Position numbers and translations under genes: made by a program
From: Asterias rubens
Lineage: Eukaryota
Assembly: GCF_902459465.1 (NCBI RefSeq)
Contig: NC_047075.1
Location: 3,038,001 to 3,102,000 of the forward strand
Direction: 5' to 3'
Length of the DNA stretch: 64,000 nt
The notes under the pieces: model-generated
Seen by the model: only the letters and a program-made list of their open reading frames with translations
The model's database searches: none
What the model was told of the DNA's origin: nothing
Shown: one piece after another, positions 12,654 through 24,641 of the stretch
Numbering within the stretch: position 1 is the first letter of the stretch
How the letters are laid out: each line of letters starts with the position of its first letter

Positions 12654-13700
12654 ATGAAGAGTGTATCAACTGAAACGCTGGTCCCTCTTCTGGCTTTGAT
12701 GTTTATGCAAATGAATGTTGTAACCACCACTCACTGCGGTTCAACCGCCCAGACCATGTACTCTGCCGAAAACCGGGCACTGATGACAAAGCACACCTAC
12801 GAGACGAAGTTCTCCCCGAATCGTGTACGTTGCGCACGTGATTGCAGCGTAGACACACGCTGTAAATCGTTTAACTACGCCAAAGCCTCTGCTGTCTGCG
12901 AGTTGAACAATTCCACGCGTTCCGAGCATCCTGGTTACTTCACCGAGCATCAGAACAGCATGTACTTTGATCATGACGTGGCGACATCTCTATTCTCGTT
13001 GCCGATGGCTCGTTACAGTAGTTGCAGCATGATGTTGGACGCCGGTTACTACAAGACGAGCGGGGTGTATACGATCTACCCGGACGGCTTCTCCGGTGGT
13101 CCGCTCCGAGTTTACTGTGACTTGGAGAGCGACGGCGGAGGCTGGATCGTCGTTCAGAGGCGGCAGGACGGCAGCGTGGATTTCTACCAGGACTGGGCGC
13201 AGTACAAGTTCGGCTTCGGCGACATGTCGGGGGAGTTGTGGTTGGGCAATGACAACCTTTTGAAGCTGACCTCGTCATCAGGAGGAGACGACCTCACGTG
13301 GGAGCTACGCATGGAGCTTCAGGACAGGGACGGTAACTCGGCATTCGCAAAGTACACGGACTTCAAGATATCAGGCGAGAATTACACTCTTGATATCGGG
13401 GAATACGACGTCCGCAGCACGGCCGGAGATTCATTCGGATACCACCGGGGCAGACCCTTCTCGACTAAAGACAACGACAACGACGATTCGGAATTGGTCA
13501 ACTGTGCCCAAGACCGCAAGGGGGCCTGGTGGTTCGGATCGTGTCTGCACTCTCATTTCAACGGAGAGCACATCGGAGTTGGGCAAGAATCCACAGTTGG
13601 GCTCTATCAGGTGAAGAAGGGCATCGTGTGGTATAACTGGCTGGAGCAATGTGCACCCGTTCAGAAATGCACCATGAAAATACGGCAAAAGTTTTTCTAA
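12654..13700 (+). CDS. Secreted fibrinogen-related protein (signal peptide + PAN/apple-like domain + fibrinogen C-terminal domain), coding region in a single exon
   Basis: ORF has a hydrophobic leader MKSVSTETLVPLLALMFMQM, a PAN-like motif CARDCSVDTRCKSFNY...CELN, and FReD motifs SGVYTIYP, VYCDLESDGGGWIVVQRRQDGSVDF, FGDMSGELWLGND, FSTKDNDND and CA..KGAWW..C. The upstream ATG at 12585 probably lies in a 5'UTR intron (gtgagt 12554 ... taatcag 12647). Confidence 0.92.
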   Translation: MKSVSTETLVPLLALMFMQMNVVTTTHCGSTAQTMYSAENRALMTKHTYETKFSPNRVRCARDCSVDTRCKSFNYAKASAVCELNNSTRSEHPGYFTEHQNSMYFDHDVATSLFSLPMARYSSCSMMLDAGYYKTSGVYTIYPDGFSGGPLRVYCDLESDGGGWIVVQRRQDGSVDFYQDWAQYKFGFGDMSGELWLGNDNLLKLTSSSGGDDLTWELRMELQDRDGNSAFAKYTDFKISGENYTLDIGEYDVRSTAGDSFGYHRGRPFSTKDNDNDDSELVNCAQDRKGAWWFGSCLHSHFNGEHIGVGQESTVGLYQVKKGIVWYNWLEQCAPVQKCTMKIRQKFF

Positions 13701-15093
13701 GAGGAGCGTACATTGCATAATATGACGTCAGGAGACCCAAACAGCGCCCTCACGTGGGTGAATGAGGACCAATCATTGACTCAGCCTGACTAATTATCAC
13801 ACCTCGAGGTTGTTTAATAAACGCCTAGATGCCAGCCTTACCGGATGCTCGGATATTAACAAATGTATCTTTGACCTCGCATCTCCACCAGTAGGAGTAG
13901 CGAAACTGTCTCAGGTATTTATGAATAATATATAATAGTAGAATATTATAATATAATAGTATAACAGTAGAATAAAATGTTGTTTAATAAACAGCAAAAT
14001 ATTTTATTTAAAATAAACGACGAAGATAAATGTTTAACATTAAAACAACGACAGCAAAAAGGGATTTTAGAGCAAACATTTTTATTATCTAAGTTTTTAA
14101 GAATAATAAGCAGTGTTGGAGCGTGCACAATTTGTAATGAACCTATATTGCTACGTTCTAACTTCTGGATGAGTTGACCAATCAGGGCCTTGATTATTTG
14201 CACGTGAACACGTGTGAGTGTAGTGGGCGGGGCTTGCACTTACTTCTGGATGAAACTGACCAATCACAGCCATGGTTACGTGCACGTTAGCACACGTGGT
14301 TGTAGAGGGCGGGGCTTGCATGAATAGTAATTGATTATCAAGAGCTTTATATTTCGTTCATTCTACCTGCCCAAATTAGTCCGTGTACACAGAAGCACAC
14401 GATGCATGCATTACGTTTGATGGAACAATAATCTCAAAGCAAATTCTTTTCTTCAAAAGGTTATTCCAACATGCGGACAGGACAAGTTAACAATTTTACA
14501 AAAAGCAAAGATTTTAATACAAGCAATGTGTTGCATCCGAATAGAAACTATGAAGTCAGTTTCCAGGCACGTTGTTTGTTCGCTGACTGCTTTTAAAATT
14601 TGTTTATTTGGTAATAAAATATGATTACTTGTTGTCTAAAATTTAATTGAATACCTTTGTGGTCAATGTAATTGATTTGATCTCGTATCAATTATATCTA
14701 CTATTCCTTGCAACAATAAGACTATTTACAACAGTAAAAACATATCCCCGAACAACTGGAGAGCGCATGTCATGAGTTTCCAATACCAGCCTCGGTCAAT
14801 TCCAATGCATTTTGTTGTTCTAAAGCCCCTTTCACACGAGAGCAATTTTGCAAAGGTCCCTTGGTAAATGGTAGGATGATTGTGAAAAAAAATCCAAAAT
14901 GTACACCGTGTGAAAAGACAACAAATTACTGTTTCCACTGTCCAGGTTTTCTTGCAAAAGCGAAACACTGCTAAAACCATGCTAAAATTCAGCAAGGAAC
15001 CCCAGTTAAATTGCCGACATGATTGTGAAGAGCACGTTATCCGACAGGTTGCCACTTCAGTGAACCATCAGTGGCTGAACTCTAGAAGGCGCT

Positions 15094-15612
15094 CTAATAT
15101 GATGGTGGAGCGGGGGGAGGTGGACCTCCTAAATTACAAAAAGACACAAAAGGAAAAGCCAATAATTATTAGGAGATAAATACAACTGTTATTATCTTCA
15201 GTATGGACAACTACCAGTGCTCATAGCGCTGCTTAATGGTAAGCAAAAACTGTGTGCTTACTGTAGCAGACAAATTTGCTAAGGTGCAAGCGTATTTGAC
15301 AGGTAAGCAGAACAACTTAAAGACCATTGCACATTCACCGTGTTTTTGTTTGTTACGTTATTTAATTTAGTGCAGTAAGCACCGGAAGGTCATGTTCAGC
15401 AGCGAAATGGAAATCGCACAGTAGTAAGTACAAATCGGCCGCTAAGCAGCTCTATGAAATAAGCCACCGACTTTACTTTTAAGCAAAGATACTAGCGAAT
15501 TGACTTGAACAAAAAAATGACACAAAAAAATGATTTCTGAAAGTTTGTATATTATACTCAGCGCCTTGAGTACCTTGTTTGGTAGATACGTGCGCTATAT
15601 ATAAGACTTTGA

Positions 15613-15657
<45 letters not shown>

Positions 15658-18600
15658 CATCTGGTTACAACACTGGCAACTACTCACCGTCGTGATGACT
15701 ACCGTCGTGGTCACCGCCTCGTCGACCACCATCATGGTCGCCATCAGGGCCGCCACTTTGGCCGCCACTATGGCCGCCACTATGGCCGCCACTATGGCCA
15801 CCACCATGACCGCCGCGGCGGCTGCCATCTTGGTCGTGGCCATCCCGATCCATATCGCCGTCTGGGTGGTGGCGACCGTCACGCTGGTCGTCGGGGCTCA
15901 TGCCGAAATCGTGGTCTCCGTCCAAGCCGTCAGCCCAGTCGCCACCGTACAACTTGTCGATTAACCCACCATCGTCAATACGCTGCTGTGAAGCAAAATA
16001 ATGGTAAATTCTGTTAGTTGAGACTAAGCTCGGTTCTGAAAAGGTTGCGGGTTCCAATCATAGAGCTATATGCTCTATGGTTCGAATCAATTTGACTCCC
16101 ATAAATGGCCGACCGTGTTTGTCGACAAGGTAAAAAGAAAACCACGCAATTTCGAGTGATACTTGTGTGGATCATTATATTCTACTTTTAACAGATCTTT
16201 CTAATCATATGTATTTTATAACAAACGGTTACAAACGCTTTTCAAAGACTAACTCGACCGATCCAAGGCAACGTGTTCCTTCACGACTCAACAATTCAAT
16301 CAGTAGGCCCAATTTTATAGAACTGCTTAAGCACAACATTTTGCTTAAGCGAAAAAATCCTTGCTTTTTAATAGTAAAATCACTGATTCCCGGCCAAGAC
16401 TCCACTCAATTCTTATGCTTAGTAAACAAAAGCTAAATACCAGTCACAAGCAATGTATATGGCATGACATTTCTGCCAGTAATATGTGTAAAATAAGCAA
16501 GATATTTTCGTGCTTAAGCAATTTTTTTCTTAAGCAGCTCTATGAAATTGGCCCCTGGTCGTCTTCAGGAGAATTCTGGACTCTTTTGCTGGATGCTGCT
16601 TATAAGTACTTGACTCAATGTTCTTCTAGTTTTTTAAATTTGAGCTCGACTGGTCGTCGGAGTTGCGAGATATGATGAAAAGAAAAAAAAACACCATTAT
16701 CACACGAAGTTGTGTGCTTTCAGATGCTTGATTCAAATTCTAAATCTGAGGTCTCGAAATCAAATTCGTGGAAAATTACTTCTTTCTCGAAATCTACTTC
16801 ACTTCAGAGGGAGATGTTTCTCACAATGTTTTATACTATAAACCTCTCCCCATTACTCGTTACCAAGTGAGGTTTTATGCTGATAATTATTTTGAGTAAT
16901 TACCAATGCCTCAATTCTTGATTTGTGCAATTCATAATCATAGACGTTAAAGGCACTGGACACCTTTGATTGTCAAAGACCATGCCGTCTTCTCATTTGG
17001 TGTATCTCAACATTATTGTATGCATAAAATAACAAACCTGTGAAAATGAAGAGCTTAATTTGTCGTCGAAGTTGCGAGAGAATAATGGAAGAAAAACAAC
17101 CTCGTCACACAAGTTGTGTGATTTCAGCTGAGGTCTCGAATTCAATTCAAGTATTTTTGTGAAAAATGCCTTTTTTCCTTTCTCAAAAACTACGTTACTT
17201 CAGAGGGAGCCGTTTCTCACAATGTTTTACACTACCAACAGCTCTCCGTTGCTCTTCAGTAACTACCAGTAGTGTCCCAAAAAATATACATCTGAAATGT
17301 GATCAATGCTTCAATTACTTACCCTGGTGTCACAACCGTAACGGCGATACAAGCGGAACCCCACAAGGCAACCAAGGATTGCCAGAGTACCAACGAAACA
17401 CACGACAACCACCGAGATCTTGACTCGCCTAGTGCAGCATGATGACTTGGCCCGGGGCGGTGCCGTCTGCTGTGAAAAAAAGGACGGTGCAGTATTTTAC
17501 TAAAATTGTTCAATAACAACTGTTTTCATGCAAAAAAGTAGTTAATGGCTTGACGTTTCGACCCTAGCAGAGTCTTTTTAGAAGTGTTTTAAATACCAAA
17601 TTATAAAACCACAAAGTAACACTTTTGTTCACCAGAATTTTTTTTTTAAATATCATTTTCCTCGTTCATGGTATTGAATACATCATACAAAGACGAGTTC
17701 TGAGAACTTTTTTTTAAACAGCTACCTGAGCGGAATGCTTTCAACAGAAATGGTATTTTTACTTGTTTATAATGCACTTGTTCACCATTTTAATGTAATT
17801 TTGACATGTGTACACTTCTGAACTTTTCGTAATTATCGATGAAAAAATCAGGCCCCTACCTAAAGGTTTTTTGAAAAACTAAAAACACTTCTGCCGTTGA
17901 GAGCGGGCGTCAAAGGACAGTGCCGCTGACGTCATTTGGGGGAGTTTGCTTTGTTATACATCCACGCTGCAACAAAGCGGCTTTATCTACTTATGACGTT
18001 TTGAGAGTGATTACGTAACGGGGCTTTTCGCAAATCTCGCAGAAAAGCTCTGGACAAGGGCATACAAAATGATTGTTTTTTTTTACACTATTGAAACCTA
18101 TTTATAATCATATGACTCGATTTCCTAATTCATCGAAAACATTTAAAGTGGAATTCAGCAAAGTTCACGACTTGACATTTTCGTTCAAGCAGGTCTTTAA
18201 CATTAACAATAGGCCTAAAGATATATAAAAAATAATACAAACAAATTATACAAAACTTGAAGGTCTATAGATACCTTATTTCATTGATACACAGAAAACC
18301 CAAACATTTGGCCCTGGTCACGACTCAAATTAATTTCTATATTCATTTAGTAAGCCTAGTTGAAGATTTTTAGGAATGATATTTCGGCCATTGGAAAGAA
18401 GCAAGAAAAACATCATTATTGGGAACAGGGGATAACCTACATGAGGTTTTTCCTGAGCAGAAAACAATCAGACTACATTAGGAAAAATATCATGGGAAAA
18501 TTAAATTTAAAACAAGAAATTGTATATAGTTTACTCAAAATGTGATAATGGTAAAAATCTGAGAAATTACTGAGGGCAGAAACAACATCAGAAATTAGAC

Positions 18601-20008
18601 TAAAGATAGAACAAATATCTTGCCTGTATTTTAACAGGTTTTTTTTTTAAAGGCAGTGGACAATATTGGTAATTGTCAGAGACTAGCCTTCACAGTTGGT
18701 GTATCTCAACATACGCATAAAATAACAAACCTGTGAAAATTTGAGCTCAATCGGTCATCAAAGTTGCGAGATAATAATGAAAGAAGAAAACACCCTTGTC
18801 ACACAAGGTTGTGTGCGTTTAGATGGTTGATTTCGAGACCTCAAGTTCTAAACTTGATGTCTCGAAATCAAATTCGTCGAAAATTACTTCTTTCTCGAAA
18901 ACTATTGAGTGATAGCGATAGCATGATTGATACATGTAGGCTTTACATTGTAAAGGCATTAGGAAAAGGGAAGGTACACGTTTGGTAATTACTCGAAACA
19001 AATATTAACTTAAAAATTGATTTGGTAACGAGCAATGGAGAGCTGTTGGTAGTATACAACTTTGTGAGAAACGGCTGCCTCTGAAGTAATGTAGTTTTTT
19101 GAGAAAGAGGTAATTTCTCACTAAAATAATAAAAGACTTTTAGAAGTATTGTATTCCTATCTGAAAGCACACAAATTCGTCCATTAAGGGTGTTTTTTTC
19201 TTACATCATTTTCTCGCAACTTCGATGACCGACTGAGCCCAAATTTTCACAGGCTTGTTATTTTATGCTTATGATGGGATACACCAAGTGAGAACACTGG
19301 TCGTTGACGATTACCAAACGTGTACAGTGCCTTTAAACGCGGATCAAGCTATTTAATAACAATTTTCCAGATCATTTCTGAGGACAGAACAAAGAAATCA
19401 GAAACTAAAGTAGGATGAATGTTACAGCATTTTAAAAATTGTTTTTACATGACTTTGCAATTAAAGGGTCTATGTAATTTTTGTAGGACAAAATATCCAC
19501 ATATTTACACTAAACTTACACATTATAAAGATAATCATAGCAGAAAGCTTCCCTGAAAATATTACGTGCTGAGGTGCTGTAGTTTGGGGGAAATGAGTAA
19601 CACGACGTCATGAAGGAAAAAAATTCGTCTCATGAGACGAAAATTATTTTAATCATTTACAAACGTAGTTTCATGACATTGTTTTACTCATTTCTCAAAA
19701 ACTATAGCACCTCAGTTAGTAATATTTGAAGGGATTCTTTCCACTATCATAATCTTCAAACCCTGTAAGTTTAATGTAAATCTAGGGACATTTTGAAAAG
19801 GTAACCAAATCCTTTAAAATGGACTCGGTAAGACTAAATAACACCTATAGTTATATTCATAATCAAAAATAGCAATAATGCAGATTATAAATCCACACTT
19901 TCACAGCTTTACACTTACCGGTAGCACAACAACAGTACTCGGTGCTTCTGCGATCGGTTTCTGGTCTAGATGGTCCTTTGGATTATCTGATACTTTTAAC
20001 TGCACCAT
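15094..20008 (-). CDS. Paralog A, about 189 aa type II membrane protein with an Asp/Gly/His-rich ectodomain. Exons 20008-19919, 17469-17323, 15985-15688, 15128-15094.
   Basis: MVQLKVSDNPKDHLDQKPIAEAPSTVVVLP | QTAPPRAKSSCCTRRVKISVVVVCFVGTLAILGCLVGFRLYRRYGCDTR | QRIDDGGLIDKLYGGDWADG...GGHSGGHSGGHSGG...HHD G| GPPPPAPPSY*. Donors gtaag/gtaag/gtgag, strong acceptors, phases 0,0,1. Confidence 0.85.
15613..15657. repeat. (ATT)n microsatellite (others: about 10451, 43836 ATT; 61520 GATA; 47491, 57080 CAAT)
   Basis: Direct inspection. Confidence 0.95.
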
Positions 20009-20135
20009 CTTGCCTAGCTCTGATAGTCAGAGTTTAAACACAAGCAAGCAAGCAAGCAAAACAGAGAAGAACTGAACGATTTGAGCAGCGGTGAAGTAAA
20101 GAGACTGTACAGCGATAATATAACTGCGTGATCAG

Positions 20136-20228
20136 TTTATATAATTATGGCATCGGCAGATCAGGGTGAATTCAACTATGGTAAATAATTATAATAATAA
20201 TAGCGTGACGTCATGTACTCATTTGCAT
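20136..20228 (-). promoter_or_regulatory. Candidate promoter of paralog A: TATATAAA (20143-20136), CRE TGACGTCA (20206-20213), octamer ATGCAAAT (20228-20221)
   Basis: Canonical motifs 130-220 bp upstream of the ATG at 20008. No transcript evidence. Confidence 0.4.
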
Positions 20229-20400
20229 ATTTCCTTTTTTAATGACAATACGTGCCGAGTGCGGCCAGGTACGTTTTCACATGATGAGAGATGTTGTACG
20301 GATCGCTGGTTTCGTACAATAGTGTCTCACTCTATTATAATGTAAAAAATACATAGACTCGCTCAGTCAGTTCAGTTTAGTTAAAATAACAATAACAATA

Positions 20401-20441
20401 CTGACGATGACTGTAGAGCAAGCTAGTCGAAACGTTGAGAC
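20401..20441 (+). ncRNA. Second hammerhead core copy (5' strand of stem I lost)
   Basis: CTGACGA-T-GACTGTAGAGCAAGCTAGTC-GAAAC-GTT-GAGAC, 624 bp upstream of the intact copy and sharing about 25 nt of downstream sequence with it. Confidence 0.5.
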
Positions 20442-21019
20442 CAATTCAAGAACTGACTCCGCGGTAGTGCAGTTAATTACGATCCTAAGCTAAAGTAGTA
20501 GTCCCAGCCAATTTTCTATGCCTTCCGCCCGGGTAGAAGTTAAAAAGCACAGTTCTTTTCAGAACTGATAAGTCTCCCTAAGATCCGATAAATCTATTCT
20601 GCGGTAGTAGAATAAATAAAGAAATACATTTCTCTAACAACAAACTCTACCTGGCAAGTATAAATACACACATTATGTATAAGGACACGTTTTTTTGTTC
20701 AACACACACTATGCAAGTTATATAAGTGCTTTTCTATTTTTCCCCACACACTATATGCAAGTTGTAAACACAAACTTCCAGTCACCTTACATAAAGGTTG
20801 GATACCAATACAGGTATAGAGGATTACATGCATGTCGATGGAGGCCCTCAAAAAGTATTGCCTGTTTGGCAAGGACCCCGGGACAAAAACTTAAGCGAAC
20901 AATGGAGTGTTTGTTAACAGGTGGGACAGAAACCAACAGATGACACCATGAGAAAATGTCATTCAAATTCAGTTAACTCGGCAGTCTCCTGACGATGACT
21001 CGAGTCAGTTAACTCGGCA

Positions 21020-21063
21020 GTCTCCTGACGATGACTCGAGCAAGCTAGTCGAAACGTTGAGAC
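21020..21063 (+). ncRNA. Minimal type I hammerhead ribozyme motif (Penelope-like element type)
   Basis: GTCTC-CTGACGA-T-[GACT..AG caag CT AGTC stem II]-GAAAC-GTT-GAGAC. Stem I GTCTC/GAGAC pairs perfectly, the CUGANGA and GAAA core is intact, and the AACGTT palindrome replaces stem III. Confidence 0.7.
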
Positions 21064-21159
21064 CAATTTCAGAACTGACTCCGTGAATAATAATATTCAC
21101 ATGGTGTTACTTTAAAAAAAAACTCTTGTTTGAGTGTTGATTCTGGAAAGAACCAGTGG

Positions 21160-21538
21160 TTAAAGGCAGTAGACACTATTGGTAATTGTCAAACTTCACA
21201 GTTGGTGTATCTCAACATATGCATAAAATAACAAACCTGTGAAAATTTGAGCTCAATCGGTCATCCAAGTTGCGAGATAATAATGAAAGAATAATAACCC
21301 TTCTCACACGAAGTTGTGTGCGTTTAGATGGTTGATTTCGAGACCTCAAGTTCTAAACTTGAGGTCTCGAAATCAAATTCGTGGAAAATTACTTCTTTCT
21401 CGAAAACTATGGCACTTCAGAGGGAGCCGTTTCTCATAATGTTTTATACTATCAACCTCTCCCCATTACTTGTAATCAAGACAGGTTTTATGATAATAAT
21501 TATTTTCAGAAATTACCAATAGTGTCCACTGCCTTTAA
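21160..21538 (+). mobile_element. Kolobok-like MITE family 1 copy
   Basis: Both TIRs and TTAA present. Confidence 0.85.
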
Positions 21539-22547
21539 CGACAAAACGTTTTGATCAGTACGCTCTGATCGTCTTCAGGAGCATGTTGACACAAAACTAA
21601 TATGACCCTACCTTCCAACTAAAACTTTCAATACATGAAAATAACCTATTGTTCGCCGTGCCGGCCGGTAGCAGCTACCAATATAAGCGCCAACAATAAC
21701 ATTGTCAAAAACTAAATTGAGAATAGACAACCACAGGATAACAACATCAACAATGAAAGATTTAACAAACCTTGATTGGTTGCGTGCCCCAAGGTTTAGT
21801 GATTGGTCCACTCACTTTTAATAACGATGTAGACGGTGTTTACACAAAATCCCAGACTCTCACTGCAAGGCAAACAGTCATTGACAATTTTCTGGTCAAA
21901 TGACTTCAATTATTTCCGCTTATGAAACCTGTGTTTACAAGGGAATAAGGTAAACATATCCTTATGTAATTTTTTAAAGTCTTACTGATTTTGAAGGTAA
22001 TCTCTCTTAATATAAAAAAAAAAGGTGAACAAAAAAACACTCGTTTTGCTCGCCATATCACTCTTGCGAAGAGCCATTGGTATAAATAAAACTCGTTTTA
22101 AAGTGACTTTAAAAGACGGGCACTTTCAACTCGATTTAGAGTTAAGTTCGTTCCAACTTCACTCAAACAAATGGACAAAGATTTACTTTCTATCTTAAAC
22201 TGACACCACTCAGACAAGAGAGTGAAATATTCAATTGTTTACAGAATAAATTATGCTACGAAATATTCCCTTCTGAAATGTAGTCATATTCGAGACAAAT
22301 TGTGTGGAATTATTAATGAACGCCAAAAATTATGTCACAAGATTTTATATAATAAAACACAGCAAAACATCACATTGTCTTCTCAAAATCATTTATTTAT
22401 AAATCATATAATTATTTTATACACTAATTTTATAAATTGACCTGGTTTAAACTCTTTGTAAAAATTTTTATGGCACCATTTTTGACGTGACTTTTTTATC
22501 AGTGGCATTGCCTTTAAGGCCGAGATAGTGACACTCATCAAGGCGCT

Positions 22548-22943
22548 TTAAAGACACTGCACACTATTGGTAACTGTCAAAGACCAGTCTTCTCACTTAG
22601 TGTTTCTTGACATATATGTGCATAAAATAACAAACCTGTGAAAATTTGAGCTCAATTGGTCGTCCAGGTTGCGAGATAACTATGAAAGCAAAGAACACCC
22701 TGGTCACACGAAGTTGTGTGCTTTCAGATGCTTGATTTCGAGACCTCAAATTCTAAATCTGAGTTCTCGAAACCAAATTCGTGGAAAATTACTTCTTTCT
22801 CTCGAAACTACTTCACTTCAGAGGGAGCCGTTTCTCACAATGTTTTATAATATCATCCTCTCCCCATTACTCGTTACAAAGTAATTAAGGTTTTATGCTA
22901 TTAAATATTTTGAGTAATTACCAATAGTGTCCACTGCCTTTAA
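22548..22943 (+). mobile_element. Kolobok-like MITE family 1 copy
   Basis: Both TIRs and TTAA present. Confidence 0.85.
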
Positions 22944-23815
22944 CATTCAGTATTTTCCGCAAGGTATGTGGGACTACGTTTGCATTATGAGACCTGATCC
23001 TTTTACATAGCACCATGTCATGGTTTACAAGTAGCCCTTATATAGGACTCTTCCTCTGTACACATTACGAAAGTGTAAGGCCGCCATGGCTAGGTTTACA
23101 AGGTGCTTTGGCGCAATTTGCAGCCAATCAAACCAGGAACACCAAGGCTAACCCCATTTCTTTTCGACAAGTGTTACGGGTTATTTTACGTACGTTAGAC
23201 AACACACGGGACCAACGGCTTGACGTCCCCTTCGAAGGGCGAATCATTATGGTTAAGTGTCTTGCTTATAGGGATAAATGCATTGTTTTTTTACGTGCGT
23301 TACAATTCAGAAGAATTGACCAGGATTCAATACAAATTATTATTCTTGACTGTATACTTTGCACTCGTTGTGCAAACCATTTCTGGTCTATTTGCTATTT
23401 ATACACTTCGAAAGACATAATTAATATTACTAAATTAATTGTCCGAATGGAAAAAAAAATACAATCTCGAGTGGACAATCTTTCCAAAGTTTAGCTCGGT
23501 TTGTCTTGTATTTTGTTTTCCCATTTGTATTAATAACACAGCTTGTGTCTATTTTTCTTTGTTCAACCCAAATTAGATTAAGTCAGATTCCCCTGTGGTT
23601 TATTACTTGGTATCTTACATTTAAAACTGTTAAAATGTATTTATTTATTATAGAGCATTTTTTTATACATAAAATTATACGCCATTAGGCTTAGCATCGT
23701 TTAAAAAAATCTAAAAAAAGGCAAAACAAACTTTAAAAAAAAAAATATTCGCTGTGCACAGACGTTGATGTGCACGACTGTTGTTTTTGGCCATTAAACA
23801 AACATTTTATTTCAG

Positions 23816-24474
23816 TTAAAGTCACCTGGAAACATTTTTGTTTTTCTTCTTCAAACATTAGATAATATGTTCCTGAACTAAAAAAGTTAAGCAATTGTTT
23901 TTAACGATTTATATGTTTAAAGAAATTACATAAGGTTGTGTGGGGGTGACTCCGTCTACCCCTTTTGTGACGTCAATCGAAGAAGACTTTGCCTCGATCG
24001 AACATCGAACACACGTACGTGCAAGTACATTCAAGTCCTAGTCGTGAGTTTGTACGTTTTGAAAAAAGGAATACACTACACATTTTGACATGAAGAGAAC
24101 AGTTCTTTTCTAAAACATGACGCCATCCCAATAATTTTCCCAGGTAGTGGGGAAGTCGAATAAGGTACCTGAAAGACGTATAGAGCACTTGCCTAACGTG
24201 AACAAAAATCAGGTATTGTTTCACTTTGAGGGCATGTGTTGAGCTTGCGCCAAGCGTCACCGTCTGGTATTGGCGCTGCATGCGATTCATCGCGCCTCGG
24301 TTGACGTCACGAACAGCGCCCTCTCGGTCGGGCTTTTTTTCAAATTTGTAAATAACATGGAAACTATTTTTTTTTAACTTTACTTAATTGTTTATTCATA
24401 TTCCACTCATCAAAACACATATTTTAGTGTCAAAAGCTTTGTTTGGACAAAATACCACTTCCAGGTGACTTTAA
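23816..24474. mobile_element. TTAA-flanked MITE, second family
   Basis: TIR ttaaagtcacctggaa ... ttccaggtgactttaa. Confidence 0.75.
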
Positions 24475-24641
24475 GATAATCCTACACGAAGAAACATACA
24501 ACATGAAACAGCCGTTTGTGATTAAGTAACAAATCTTTCTTTTTTAACAGTTATCAAATCTCATATAAAAATAACATGCTACATGAAATAGCCGTTTGTG
24601 ATGACGTTAATAACAAAGTACATGAAACAGTCGTTGGTATT

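Noticed and set aside
15094-15128. PPSY as a WW-domain-binding PPxY motif in paralog A
   Set aside because: The predicted type II topology puts it outside the cell, and it is not conserved in the other paralogs.
15595-15964. Ala/Thr/Met/Val-rich ORFs (15595-15882, 15692-15964, and 36475-36895 near paralog B)
   Set aside because: Shadow frames of the GC-rich Gly/His repeat exons. Only the Gly/His frame has phase-compatible splice sites linking to TM exons.
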